Positions 36,712-46,671 of a stretch of 64,000 nt of DNA are shown piece after piece (within the stretch, counting starts at the first letter, position 1; each line of letters starts with the position of its first letter). The stretch is from contig JAFZKU010000010.1 of assembly GCA_017551785.1 (NCBI GenBank), forward strand, positions 3,980 through 67,979. Direction: 5' to 3'. Below the pieces are notes generated by a model, which was not told the DNA's origin, did no database searches, and saw only the letters and a list, made by a program, of their open reading frames with translations. This DNA is from Bacteroidales bacterium. Its GTDB lineage: Bacteria; Bacteroidota; Bacteroidia; Bacteroidales; UBA932. The position numbers were made by a program, and so were the translations under genes.

Positions 36712-37269
36712 TTATAAATCATCCATATAGGCGACCTTTTCGGGATGCAGCCCGGATATGGGCATGCTCTTGTATATGCGCTGCATTCTCTTCATATCTT
36801 CGTTGACATCGTCGCTAAGCTCGAACTTCTCCCCCCTGGAGATGCGTTTGTGCTTCCAGTCTATATAACCCAGATATACGGGAACATTAGCCTTCTTGGC
36901 TATGTAATAGAAACCGTTGCGCCACTGTTTCACCGGCGCCCTTGTCCCCTCCGGAGCCATGCCGTAGTGGCACACCTCGCTGTTGTTGAACAGGTTGATG
37001 ATCTGGATCATTACATTCACCTTGCTGGACAGCGGCACTCCTCCCATCCTGCGGATTATGCCTTTGATGGGGAATACGAAGAATTTCTCCTTGACAAGGA
37101 TGGTGATCCTGTTCCCTATCGCCGTGTAATAAAGATATGAGATGGGCAGATCCCACACCGTGGTGTGAGGCACTCCAAGAATGAGTGCTTTTTTCTCCGG
37201 AACCGCCGGAGTCACTGCCGTCCACCCGAGAACTTTCTCAAAAATGAATTTGGCTGTTTTCTGTTTCAT
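36712..37269 (-). CDS. Lysophospholipid (1-acyl-sn-glycerol-3-phosphate) acyltransferase family protein
   Basis: HX4D motif (HTTVWD) and PEGTR motif. Confidence 0.7.
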   Translation of the reverse strand: MKQKTAKFIFEKVLGWTAVTPAVPEKKALILGVPHTTVWDLPISYLYYTAIGNRITILVKEKFFVFPIKGIIRRMGGVPLSSKVNVMIQIINLFNNSEVCHYGMAPEGTRAPVKQWRNGFYYIAKKANVPVYLGYIDWKHKRISRGEKFELSDDVNEDMKRMQRIYKSMPISGLHPEKVAYMDDL

Positions 37270-37271
37270 GC

Positions 37272-39140
37272 CTACTGGGCTTCTTCCGTATTGTCGATGT
37301 CGCTGCGGAGGTTCTCCCTGATGAAGTCCAGACGGACGCTGTCGTTCTCACCCATGTAGAACTCGAGCAGGTCGGCGACGTTGTCTTCCTTGGTGAGGTG
37401 CACGGTCTCAAGCTTGATGTCGTCCCCGATGAAACCTTTGAATTCGTCCGGAGAAATCTCGCCGAGGCCTTTGAAACGGGTCACCTGGGCGTTCTTGCCG
37501 AGCTTCTTCGTAGCCGCCTCTTTTTCTGACGAACTGTAGCAGTAGATGTTGTGGGCTTTGTCGGCCACCCTGAAAAGAGGGGTCTGGAGGATGTATACAT
37601 GGCCCTGGCGCACCAGCTCGGGGTAGAACTTGAGGAAGAAAGTCAGCAGCAGGAGACGGATGTGCATACCGTCCATATCGGCATCAGTCGCAATCACCAC
37701 GTAATTGTAGCGGAGATTGTTGATGTCTTCATCTATGTTGAGGGCTGCCTGCAGCAGCGCGAGCTCTTCGTTCTCGTAGACATCCTTCTTGGAAGCCTTG
37801 AAGCTGTTCAGAGGTTTACCCTTGAGGCTGAAGACCGCCTGGTTGACGGTGTTGCGGATCTTCTTGATTGAGCCGGAGGCTGAATCACCCTCGGTGAGGA
37901 AGATCATGGAGCGGGCGGCCTCCTCTCCCTTGTCGGTGAAGTGGACCTTGCAGTCGCTGAGCTTCTTGTTGTTGAGAGAAGCTTTCTTGATGCGCTCCTT
38001 GGCCTCTTTGCGGATGCCCTGGATGGCTTTGCGCTCCTTTTCGGACGCAAGGATCTTCTGGAGCAGGATGTCGGCGGTGGCGGGATGGATGTGAAGGTAG
38101 TTGTCGAGCTCCTTGCTGATAAAGTCGCCCACGAACTTCTGGATGGTCGGGCCGTCCTTCGACATGTTCTTGCTGCCGAGCTGCACCTTGGTCTGGGCCT
38201 CGAACTCGGGCTCCTGCACGCGGATGCTGATGGCTCCTATGATGGACTGGCGGGTATCGGCAGGGGTGAAATCTTTCTTATAGAACTCCTTCAGCGTCTT
38301 GCCGAGAGCCTCCTTGAAGGCAGCGAGGTGTGTACCTCCGAGGATGGTGTTCTGGCCGTTGACGAACGAATAGATGTTCTCGCCGTATTTGAGGCCGTGG
38401 GTTATCACCACCTCGATGTCCTGGCCGCGCAGATATATCGGCTCATAGAGCGGCTGCTCGTCGAGATTGTCGTTCAGCAGGTCGAGAAGGCCGTTCTCGG
38501 ACTTGAAGACTTCCTTGTTGAACACCAGCTGAAGACCTACGTTCAGATAAGCGTAGTTCTTGAACATGGTAACAAGGAAATCAGTCTGGAAGGCATAGCC
38601 GGGGAAGATCTCGTCATCGGGGATGAAGCTCACCATGGTGCCGTTCTTCTCGTTGGTGTCGGTCTCTTCGCTGCTCTGCAGCTTGCCGCGTTCGAAGACG
38701 GCCTTCATGGTGCGGCCGTTGCGGAACGCCTGAACAGTGAAACTGCTCGAGAGCGCATTGACGGCCTTCAGACCCACGCCGTTCAGACCAACCGACTTCT
38801 TGAAGACGGCGGTGTCGAACTTGGCGCCGGTGTTCAGCTTGCTCACCGCGTCGACCACCGACTCCAGCGGAATGCCTCGGCCGTAGTCGCGCACCGTCAG
38901 GCAGTTGTCTTCCAGAGTTATGTCAATACGCTTGCCGAAGCCCATCGCGAACTCGTCGATAGAGTTGTCGATGACCTCCTTGGCGAGGACATATATACCG
39001 TCTGTAGGATCCTTGCCGTCTCCCCTGCGCCCGATATACATCGAGAGCCTGCGGCGGATATGCTCCAGGCCGTCAAGGGTGACGACTTTATCTTTGGTAT
39101 AATCGTCTTCGAGCTGTTGCTTCAGTAAATCTTCTGCCAT
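37272..39140 (-). CDS. parE: Type IIA DNA topoisomerase subunit B, topoisomerase IV ParE-like
   Basis: GLEHIRRRLSMYIG, GHKL ATPase fold (VIDNSIDE, GRGIP, LNGVGLKAV), Toprim (EGDSASG, IATDADMDGMHI). Its ~620-aa size fits Bacteroidetes ParE. Start chosen at the ATG at 39140. Confidence 0.8.
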   Translation of the reverse strand: MAEDLLKQQLEDDYTKDKVVTLDGLEHIRRRLSMYIGRRGDGKDPTDGIYVLAKEVIDNSIDEFAMGFGKRIDITLEDNCLTVRDYGRGIPLESVVDAVSKLNTGAKFDTAVFKKSVGLNGVGLKAVNALSSSFTVQAFRNGRTMKAVFERGKLQSSEETDTNEKNGTMVSFIPDDEIFPGYAFQTDFLVTMFKNYAYLNVGLQLVFNKEVFKSENGLLDLLNDNLDEQPLYEPIYLRGQDIEVVITHGLKYGENIYSFVNGQNTILGGTHLAAFKEALGKTLKEFYKKDFTPADTRQSIIGAISIRVQEPEFEAQTKVQLGSKNMSKDGPTIQKFVGDFISKELDNYLHIHPATADILLQKILASEKERKAIQGIRKEAKERIKKASLNNKKLSDCKVHFTDKGEEAARSMIFLTEGDSASGSIKKIRNTVNQAVFSLKGKPLNSFKASKKDVYENEELALLQAALNIDEDINNLRYNYVVIATDADMDGMHIRLLLLTFFLKFYPELVRQGHVYILQTPLFRVADKAHNIYCYSSSEKEAATKKLGKNAQVTRFKGLGEISPDEFKGFIGDDIKLETVHLTKEDNVADLLEFYMGENDSVRLDFIRENLRSDIDNTEEAQ

Positions 39141-39229
39141 GGCGATTTTTTGCGACGCAAATTTAACCAAATAAATCGATTGTCGCGGCCCCAGTCAGGG
39201 CTCAGTTATTAACAGAAGACGGTAGGTTA

Positions 39230-42200
39230 TCAACCTAATAGCTTGGGAAGAACTATAACGAAGTCGGCTCCGCCCATATCGGATGTACGGTAGAAGATGC
39301 GGCCTGAGCTCTGCTCCACGATGCTGCGTGTGATGGCCAGTCCGAGGCCGGTGCCGGACGTCTTGGTGGTGAAGTTCGGCTTGAACAGCTTGCTGCGGTT
39401 TTCTGGGCTTACGCCGGGGCCGTTGTCCGCTATGGAAATTGAATACTCCCCTTTGTCGGCTTCGTCCACGCTGATGCGCACCTTGCCTCCCGGGGTCTGC
39501 TCCACAGCCTGGACGGCGTTTGATATAAGATTCACGAAGGCCCTGATTATCTGCTTCTTGCGCACTTTCACAAGCGGCTGCGCAACATTGCAGCAGTAAG
39601 ACACGACCACATCGTCACGGCCGCCGAAGAGCACCACCTGTTCCGACAGCAGATCGTCGAGATTCTCGACAGTCTCGTCTTCGCTGTAGAACTTCGAGAA
39701 CTGCGAGAACTCGTTGGCTGTTTCACTTAGGATGTCTATCTGCTCCAGCAGTGAATGGCTGAGCTCCTCGAAGCGGTCTTCCCAGCCCGGAACATTCTGC
39801 TTCTTGAGGCGCATCATATGCTGTATGCTCAGCCTCATCGGCGTCAGAGGGTTCTTTATCTCATGCGCGATCTGGCGAGCCATCTCCTTCCATGCCTGTT
39901 CCCTTTCAGTCTCGGCCAGACGCTTTGTGCTCTCCTCCAGGTCGTCTACCATCTTGTTGTAGGCCTGCACCAGCACGCCCAGCTCGTCGCGTGTGTCGCG
40001 GTAGTTGATATGCTCCTTCTGAAGTCCGTCAACGGTCAGGGACTCCATCTTGCTCTTGATCTCCGTCAGAGGTCTCGAAATCGAATTGGCGAACACCAGT
40101 CCGATGATAAGGCCCGCCAGCAGGATGAGCAGGTAGATGTTCACTATCGTCGCCACAGTCTGCAGCGCATCGGCCTGCAGCTCAGAGCTCGTGGAGATGT
40201 AAGGAATATTGGCCACGGCCACCAGGGAGCCGTCCACATTGAAAAGCGGAGCGTAAATAGAGAGGTACTTGTTGCCAGCGATTACCTCCTCGGCGATATA
40301 GCGGCTTGCATCTTTCTTGACTATGTTGTAGAAGGCGTCGTGGTTCATGCGCGAGCCCATGATGAACTGCTCGAACAGCTCAGGCTTGGTAGAGCGGATC
40401 AGCGAGCCGTGGGTGTCGTAGAGGTTCACGTCGCTCTGCGTATTGCCAGCCACCCTCTGCATGGCCTCATACAGCTGGGTGATGTTCAAGTCGTTGTAAC
40501 GCAGGGCATACTGGCAGAACTCCGACAGAGTCGCCTGCACTATGGTCATCTTGCTCTCCATCTGCTCCTCGTTGCTGGCTCTGGTACGGCTCAGGGTGTA
40601 GAATATGGTGCCCACACCCACGCAGATAAGGGCGGTAGCCAGCGCTATGACGATCAGGAAAGTGATCTTCCTCTTGAATGAGTGAGCCGGAAGGTTCAGC
40701 AGAGAGCGGCGCCGCATCCCGTGGGTTCCGATCATGTTCACGATGCAGAACAGAAGCAGGAGATACGACAGGGAGACGAGGAAAGAATACTCGGGTATTA
40801 CAGCCCTGGACAGCACTATCACCTCGTCGTCTGACAGTTTGTTTACGAAATGAAGGTAACCGTCACTGTGAGTCACGTGATAGCCTACGTCGATGTCGGA
40901 ATATGTGTTCCGCGACGGGTAATTGAAATCTCCCGAAGAAGACACCAGCCTGCCCGAAGCATATTTGGCGTAGGAGTATTGCTCGGGGATCGAAGAACGC
41001 ACGTTCTCGGAGGTCATCATACCCTCCGGGTAGACGAACGTGCCGCTCTGGGATTTGCGGACTATCTCTATATACAGCCGTGCGGTCTGGTAGGTCTGGT
41101 AGTTCATGTAGGTGAATATACCCACATAGACCGTCTCGCCGTAGTAGTTGTTCATGTAGAAGAAACGCGAAGTGGGCGCCAGCTGCACGCCGTAGCGGGT
41201 GATCTCGTCGCTGTAGAAATCGTAGCAGTCCACCACCTGCGTATACTGGTCGATAAGCAGCTTGCTGTTGGTCTCGCAGGTAGTCACTGCGATATCGTAT
41301 TTCTGGCTGAAATTACTGTAGAGATAACGCTCCAGGATCCTGCTGCGGATGACTTCGGTGCCCCCTTCCGGCCAGTAGCTAAGCATGCCTATCAGCTGGT
41401 CGGATGCAATCGGGTTCTCTATCTCACGCAACTGGATCTCCAGCGAAAGGTCGCGCTCCACGGCCATCCTGTTGGTACGCACCAGATTGGTCCGGATCTC
41501 TTTGTCCTTACCGTAAATGGACACTGCCATGGCAGTATAGATCGCGGCCACGGCAGAATAGATCAGGATGCCTTTCAGCGAAGTTATCTGGAAGCGGTCC
41601 TGCTTGTCCCAGACCACCAGCGTCACCTGGATCAGGAACAGCAGCGACAGGAACAGCAGCGCATACATGAAGTAGCTCAGGATGGAATAGAACGACAGTT
41701 CCGTGATCCTGTACAGAGCCATCACGATGCTCGAGTTCAGGATCAGCGACCTGAGAGTAAGGTGTATATACAGCACCATCAGTACTATCGCCCCGACTAG
41801 GACTCCGCCGACTATGCGTCTTTTCACAGAACTCATCACGAGGATCCTCTTGTAGAGAATCTTCCTTATGATGAATGCCGCAAGTATAACCAGCGAGATG
41901 TACAGATGGCTGGCCAGCATGGCTGCGTACGAATTGAACCAGCCTGTGTCGGCATAGAGCACCGGAGAAAATATCTTCGCGTCGGTATCCACATGACGGA
42001 ACAGGATCGTGGCATATAGCAGCGTGGCGGATAGGACAACCAGTGTCACAAAGAAAGATGTACGGCTGCGCTTGCTGAAATGATAGAAAAACACCGCCAG
42101 CAGGATCAGCGAAAGAGCCACGAAACGCAGGCTGTAGTCACGGTACATCACCGTCGAATCCGACGCCGGAACTATAGAGAAAAGCGGGGTGCCGTCGATG

Positions 42201-42790
42201 CCGTGGACGAACACGCCGTTGTTCTCGTCGAGAGTTGAAGATGTAAATCCTTTGTTCATGCCGAGCGAAGGATTCATCTTGCTCACGATGGCCATATTGT
42301 CGGAAGGATATTCGTCCTTTATTCGTATACCGGTGATGATCTTGGTTGTGCCTGTGGTGTATGACCTCACGACATACCACGACAGTCCGAGGTTTACATA
42401 ACTGTCTTCGTCGGTGATATATGCCAGAGGAGTGTTGTAGAGGTTGTCGTTGCTCATGAAGTGCAGACGGTACCAAAGCGGCGGCACGTCCACTTCATCG
42501 TTGCTGATAGAGAATTCGTTTACCCACGCCTGCAGGGTGTCGGCATTATAGCGGTAGAGAACCATGTCGTCGGGGAAGCCTGGGAGCAGTATCCACTCGT
42601 CCACCGGAATCTCCTGAACCTGGCGGACGTAGCGCTCCATCTGCCGCTGCTTCTTGACCAGTCGCCGCTCTACCCTTGAAGACTGCCTTGCGTCGATGCG
42701 CTGAGCCACCGGGGGGATCAGCGACAGCAGGAATGCCAGCAGAGCAGTTGCGGCAAGCAGGATGGTAATGTGTTTGGCGTCGGCCTTCAT
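39230..42790 (-). CDS. Large (1186 aa) polytopic sensor histidine kinase, NtrY-like transmitter
   Basis: Multiple TM blocks, a HAMP-like segment, H box ARQIAHEIKNPLTPM, N box NLISNAVQA, G boxes DNGPGV and GTGLGLAI. Confidence 0.85.
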   Translation of the reverse strand: MKADAKHITILLAATALLAFLLSLIPPVAQRIDARQSSRVERRLVKKQRQMERYVRQVQEIPVDEWILLPGFPDDMVLYRYNADTLQAWVNEFSISNDEVDVPPLWYRLHFMSNDNLYNTPLAYITDEDSYVNLGLSWYVVRSYTTGTTKIITGIRIKDEYPSDNMAIVSKMNPSLGMNKGFTSSTLDENNGVFVHGIDGTPLFSIVPASDSTVMYRDYSLRFVALSLILLAVFFYHFSKRSRTSFFVTLVVLSATLLYATILFRHVDTDAKIFSPVLYADTGWFNSYAAMLASHLYISLVILAAFIIRKILYKRILVMSSVKRRIVGGVLVGAIVLMVLYIHLTLRSLILNSSIVMALYRITELSFYSILSYFMYALLFLSLLFLIQVTLVVWDKQDRFQITSLKGILIYSAVAAIYTAMAVSIYGKDKEIRTNLVRTNRMAVERDLSLEIQLREIENPIASDQLIGMLSYWPEGGTEVIRSRILERYLYSNFSQKYDIAVTTCETNSKLLIDQYTQVVDCYDFYSDEITRYGVQLAPTSRFFYMNNYYGETVYVGIFTYMNYQTYQTARLYIEIVRKSQSGTFVYPEGMMTSENVRSSIPEQYSYAKYASGRLVSSSGDFNYPSRNTYSDIDVGYHVTHSDGYLHFVNKLSDDEVIVLSRAVIPEYSFLVSLSYLLLLFCIVNMIGTHGMRRRSLLNLPAHSFKRKITFLIVIALATALICVGVGTIFYTLSRTRASNEEQMESKMTIVQATLSEFCQYALRYNDLNITQLYEAMQRVAGNTQSDVNLYDTHGSLIRSTKPELFEQFIMGSRMNHDAFYNIVKKDASRYIAEEVIAGNKYLSIYAPLFNVDGSLVAVANIPYISTSSELQADALQTVATIVNIYLLILLAGLIIGLVFANSISRPLTEIKSKMESLTVDGLQKEHINYRDTRDELGVLVQAYNKMVDDLEESTKRLAETEREQAWKEMARQIAHEIKNPLTPMRLSIQHMMRLKKQNVPGWEDRFEELSHSLLEQIDILSETANEFSQFSKFYSEDETVENLDDLLSEQVVLFGGRDDVVVSYCCNVAQPLVKVRKKQIIRAFVNLISNAVQAVEQTPGGKVRISVDEADKGEYSISIADNGPGVSPENRSKLFKPNFTTKTSGTGLGLAITRSIVEQSSGRIFYRTSDMGGADFVIVLPKLLG

Positions 42791-43260
42791 TCGTGGTGGT
42801 AAGGTTCCCCTTCAATTATGGTAAAAGCCCTGTACAGCTGCTCGAGGAATATAAGCCGTACCATCTGGTGCGAAAAAGTCATCTTTGAGAGAGACATCAA
42901 GCTGTCGGCCCTGTCATATACCTTCTTACCGAACCCCATGCTCCCTCCGATGACGAAAACTATGTTCCTGGAACTGTGGGCGAACTTTTGCTCCAAATGT
43001 TGTGCCCAACTGCTCGAAGTGAACTCTTTTCCCCTTTCATCCAGCAGGATGCATTCGTCCGTGGGGGACAGATTCTTGAGGATGAGTTCGGCCTCGCGGT
43101 CCTTGAGCTGCTCCTTGCTGAGGCTCCTGACACCCTTCAGGGCCGGAATAGTCACCATTTCGAAACGACAATAGTGTTCAAGTCTGGCACGATAGATGTC
43201 TATGCCCTCGCACAGGTATTTTTCTTCTGTCTTGCCGACAACTATCAACTTGATCGTCAT
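42787..43260 (-). CDS. rlmH: 23S rRNA (pseudouridine1915-N3)-methyltransferase
   Basis: 157 aa. MTIKLIVVGKTEEKYL...IVFVIGGSMGF...LSLSKMTFSHQMVRLIFLEQLYRA. Confidence 0.9.
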   Translation of the reverse strand: MTIKLIVVGKTEEKYLCEGIDIYRARLEHYCRFEMVTIPALKGVRSLSKEQLKDREAELILKNLSPTDECILLDERGKEFTSSSWAQHLEQKFAHSSRNIVFVIGGSMGFGKKVYDRADSLMSLSKMTFSHQMVRLIFLEQLYRAFTIIEGEPYHHE

Positions 43261-43319
43261 TTCAGGAGGTTTTGAATCATTAGTTCATGCAAATTTAAGA
43301 TATATGGCTTGATTTTTGC

Positions 43320-43327
43320 TAAATTTG
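43320..43327 (+). promoter_or_regulatory. -7 promoter box TAAATTTG
   Basis: TAnnTTTG match, 22 nt before the ATG at 43350. Confidence 0.45.
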
Positions 43328-43349
43328 CGGCGTTGAATTAATCACACAG

Positions 43350-43823
43350 ATGAGAAAATTTGATTTTTTAGTAGCACTCGCGTTATTTGCCATACCGGTT
43401 GCAGCATCTGCCCAGAACACAAATCCTATCCAGATGCAGCTGCAGCCCAGTCAGTCCGTTATGCAGACTGGCAGTCAGCAGAATCAGTCGCAGGCCGCTA
43501 CGGATGTCTTCACCTCTATAGGTAAATACATTGAATCAGGAGATGCAGAGAAGCTTTCAGCATGGTTTGCAGACAATCTCGAGCTTGACATCACAGGCTC
43601 AGTCAACAGCTGCACCCGCAGCCAGGCCAAGCTCATCATGAAGAATTTCTTCAACAACAACACTCCCAAGAAATTCACCATTATCCATAAGAGCGGCCGC
43701 CCGCCGATGTCATATGCGGTTGGTAGCCTGAGCGCCGGAGCCGAGAAGTTCAGAGTCATCATCTATGTCCGCACAGACGACGGCAAGAACTCCATCCAGC
43801 AGCTCCGCATTGAAAAAGACTAA
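43350..43823 (+). CDS. DUF4783-like secreted protein
   Basis: Signal peptide, then LSAWFADNLELDITGSVNSCTRSQAKLIMKNFF...FTIIHKSG. Confidence 0.55.
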   Translation: MRKFDFLVALALFAIPVAASAQNTNPIQMQLQPSQSVMQTGSQQNQSQAATDVFTSIGKYIESGDAEKLSAWFADNLELDITGSVNSCTRSQAKLIMKNFFNNNTPKKFTIIHKSGRPPMSYAVGSLSAGAEKFRVIIYVRTDDGKNSIQQLRIEKD

Positions 43824-43826
43824 GTC

Positions 43827-44390
43827 ATGCATAGATTCTTAACAATACTAGTGACGGCCCTGGCGGTCGTCACTTCTTGTAATAACAAGACCCCCGATCC
43901 GGTGGCAGCCGCCATCGAGGCCGCCGCAATGAAAGACACCGAAGGCGACTACAGCTTCCGCATCTACGACCTCGCGAAGATAGACTCCACTACCTTCCGC
44001 ACAGAGTTCGAACGCCGCAGGGATGTCTTCCGCCTCAAGCAGCAGACCGAAGAGAAGCTCTACTGGAGATACAATGCCGAAGGTAAGCCCAAGACCTCCG
44101 AGAGTCACCGTCAGGCCATGGAGAAGGCCAAAGTCAATCTGGAGACTATGGATTATCTCGAGAAGGAAATTGGAGCCCGTATTGACGACGTCGCCTACTA
44201 TGACTACGTCTTTTCCGGCTATTCAGAGACCAAAGAAGGCCGCATGACCTACGACAAAGTCTATGTCACTGTCACTCCGGATTACGAGGTGCTGACCATG
44301 ACTGCAAACCAGAGAGACCTGCACAAAGGCACTGGCCGGGTCATCCCCGGCTATATCGAAACCATTTCAGCAGAACTGCTGGAGGAATAG
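43827..44390 (+). CDS. Hypothetical lipoprotein
   Basis: MHRFLTILVTALAVVTSC lipobox. No family recognised. Confidence 0.5.
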   Translation: MHRFLTILVTALAVVTSCNNKTPDPVAAAIEAAAMKDTEGDYSFRIYDLAKIDSTTFRTEFERRRDVFRLKQQTEEKLYWRYNAEGKPKTSESHRQAMEKAKVNLETMDYLEKEIGARIDDVAYYDYVFSGYSETKEGRMTYDKVYVTVTPDYEVLTMTANQRDLHKGTGRVIPGYIETISAELLEE

Positions 44391-44416
44391 ACCCTTCCCT
44401 ATTCCAGGAATGACAG

Positions 44417-44446
44417 AAAAAGGCGGCCCCGAAAGGTCGCCTTTTT
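44417..44446. terminator. Bidirectional rho-independent terminator
   Basis: AAAAA-AGGCGGCC-CCGAAA-GGTCGCCT-TTTT between convergent genes (stops at 44390 and 44468). Confidence 0.7.
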
Positions 44447-44467
44447 CGCTACTAAAAACTTGATGCG

Positions 44468-45034
44468 TTATCTCACGCGCTCGCCGTAGCTGCGGTCAAC
44501 GGTATTGACCCTGATCTTGTCACCCTGATTGATGAAGAGCGGAACCATGATCTCGGCGCCGGTCTCGAGGGTGCAAGCCTTAAGAGCGTTGGTAGAAGCA
44601 GTATCGCCCTTTACAGCGGGCTCGGTGTAGGTAACTTCCAGCTCGACGTAGGTCGGCAACTCGCAAGTGAGGCATCTCTCTTCATCAGCCTGAAAAACCA
44701 TCTCCACCTGCTGGCCCTCTTTCATGAGGTCTGCATTTTCAATCATGTCGAAACCGAGGTGAACCTGCTCGAAAGTCTCAACGTGCATGAAGTTGAAACC
44801 GTCCTCATCCTTGTAGAGGAACTGGTAAGGCCTGTGCTCGACGGTGATGACGTCAATCTTCTCACCTGCACTGTAGGTCTTCTCGAGGATTCTGCCGTTT
44901 TCGAGATTGCGGAGTTTGGTCTTTACGAATGCCGGACCCTTGCCGGGTTTAACGTGTTGGAACCATACGATTGAACACGGCTTGCCGTTGAAATCAAGAC
45001 AAAGACCGTTTTTGAAGTCAGCAGTTGTTGCCAT
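44468..45034 (-). CDS. efp: Elongation factor P
   Basis: MATTADFKNGLCLDFNGKPCSIVWFQHVKPGKGPAFVKTKLRNLENGR. Confidence 0.95.
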   Translation of the reverse strand: MATTADFKNGLCLDFNGKPCSIVWFQHVKPGKGPAFVKTKLRNLENGRILEKTYSAGEKIDVITVEHRPYQFLYKDEDGFNFMHVETFEQVHLGFDMIENADLMKEGQQVEMVFQADEERCLTCELPTYVELEVTYTEPAVKGDTASTNALKACTLETGAEIMVPLFINQGDKIRVNTVDRSYGERVR

Positions 45035-45044
45035 ATATCTTTGT

Positions 45045-45923
45045 TTATTGTTTGTTTATGATATTATTGTGCAAATGTATATATAATTCTTCCAATTGCC
45101 AACGGGGAGTTGAGGTTGCCCCGCAGATGCCGACGCTGTCGCCGTCATGCAATATTCCTGCCGGAATCTGCCCGTTCTCCACCCAGAAGGTGCGGGGGTT
45201 GTGCTTGCGGCAGAGGTTGTAGAGCACGTTGCCGTTGGAGCTCTCCCGGCCGCTGACGAACAGTATCACGTCGTGCGACTCTGCGAAGCTGGCGAGGGCG
45301 GCATGCCTTCCTGCCACCTGACGGCAGATGGTGTTGAAGGACTCGAACTTGCCTGAGCATTCCTGGCTCCTGCGGCGGCATTCCTCCGTCAGTGCGGCAT
45401 ATTCCTCAGTGTCCTTCGTTGTCTGTGAGAAGAGGGCCACCGGCTTGGAGAAGTCGATGCTGTCCAGCTCAGAGATGCTCTCCACCACCACTGCGTTGCC
45501 TTCTGTGTGGCCCACCAGTCCGTTGACTTCGGCATGGCCTTTCTTGCCGTAGATTACCAGCGTACCGCCAGCGGCATGGACCTTCCTGTATGTTGCGGCA
45601 ATCTTCTTCTGGAGCTGCAGCACCACAGGGCAGGTGCAGTCGATGATGGTGATGCCGTTGCGCTGAGCCAGCTCATAAGTAGCCGGCGGCTCGCCGTGAG
45701 CTCTCACCAACACCACATCGTCCCTGATCGAGGCCATGCGGTCGATGTCGATTATCTGGAGCCCTTCAGCAGCCAGCCTTTCAATCTCCTGGGCGTTGTG
45801 GACTATGGCTCCCAGGGAGTAGAGCCGGTCGTGGTCAGACAGATAGCTTTCAGCCTTCCTTACGGCACGTACCACCCCGTTGCAGAAGCCGGAGCCGGAG
45901 TCTATTTCTATGGTGAGGCGCAT
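45045..45923 (-). CDS. ispH: 4-hydroxy-3-methylbut-2-enyl diphosphate reductase
   Basis: GFCNGVVRAV, VHNAQEI, RAHGEPP, CPVV, FNTICRQV motifs. Confidence 0.9.
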   Translation of the reverse strand: MRLTIEIDSGSGFCNGVVRAVRKAESYLSDHDRLYSLGAIVHNAQEIERLAAEGLQIIDIDRMASIRDDVVLVRAHGEPPATYELAQRNGITIIDCTCPVVLQLQKKIAATYRKVHAAGGTLVIYGKKGHAEVNGLVGHTEGNAVVVESISELDSIDFSKPVALFSQTTKDTEEYAALTEECRRRSQECSGKFESFNTICRQVAGRHAALASFAESHDVILFVSGRESSNGNVLYNLCRKHNPRTFWVENGQIPAGILHDGDSVGICGATSTPRWQLEELYIHLHNNIINKQ

Positions 45924-46603
45924 CAGAGGTTTATGCCGAACTTGGTGCTCATGAGGTCTGTGAACCAGGTCATTTCCTCTTCCAGCGTCATGTTGGTGTT
46001 GTCCAGCACGATGGCGTCGGGAGCCTGGCGCAGCGGAGAGATATCGCGGTGGGTGTCCTTGTAGTCGCGGTCCTGGATGTTCTGCATCACTTCGTCGAAA
46101 GACACTTCCTTGCCGCCGGCGACCATCTCGTCGTAGCGGCGCTGGGCCCTGACTTTGGCGTCGGCAGTCATGAAAATCTTGAGCTGCGCATCCGGGAACA
46201 CGTTGGTGCCGATGTCGCGGCCGTCCATCACGATGCCGCCCTTCTTTCCGTAACGGCGCAGCAGACGGTCAACGTAATTCCGCACGAAGCCGAGGGCTGA
46301 AACGGGGCTGACAGCGTTGGAAACGTCCATCTGGCGGATGAGCCCTTCGACATTCTCCTCGTTGATGTAGGTGTCGGGACGCAGAGAGACCCTGAGCTGC
46401 CGCATGGCGGTGCGCAGAGCCTTCTCGTTAATATTGTTCTCAGAGTCTATCCAGCCTCCGCGGATGCCGAAGAGGGTGACGGCCCTGTAGACAGCGCCTG
46501 AATCGAGATGGAGATAGCCGGTTTTGCTGGCTATGAGTTTGGCGAAAGTACTTTTACCGGTTGAAGAGTAACCGTCTATTGCAATGATGATTTTCCTTGA
46601 CAT
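45923..46603 (-). CDS. cmk: (d)CMP kinase
   Basis: IIIAIDGYSSTGKSTFAKLIA...LDSGAVYRAVTL...MDGRDIGTNVFPDAQLKIFMTA. Confidence 0.9.
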   Translation of the reverse strand: MSRKIIIAIDGYSSTGKSTFAKLIASKTGYLHLDSGAVYRAVTLFGIRGGWIDSENNINEKALRTAMRQLRVSLRPDTYINEENVEGLIRQMDVSNAVSPVSALGFVRNYVDRLLRRYGKKGGIVMDGRDIGTNVFPDAQLKIFMTADAKVRAQRRYDEMVAGGKEVSFDEVMQNIQDRDYKDTHRDISPLRQAPDAIVLDNTNMTLEEEMTWFTDLMSTKFGINL

Positions 46604-46643
46604 CGTTCAAAAGCTTAACAAACAAAAATACTCAAAAAATATC

Positions 46644-46651
46644 TATCTTTG
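46644..46651 (+). promoter_or_regulatory. -7 promoter box TATCTTTG
   Basis: TAnnTTTG match, 20 nt before the ATG at 46672. Confidence 0.45.
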
Positions 46652-46671
46652 CTCAATAACTATTGAATATT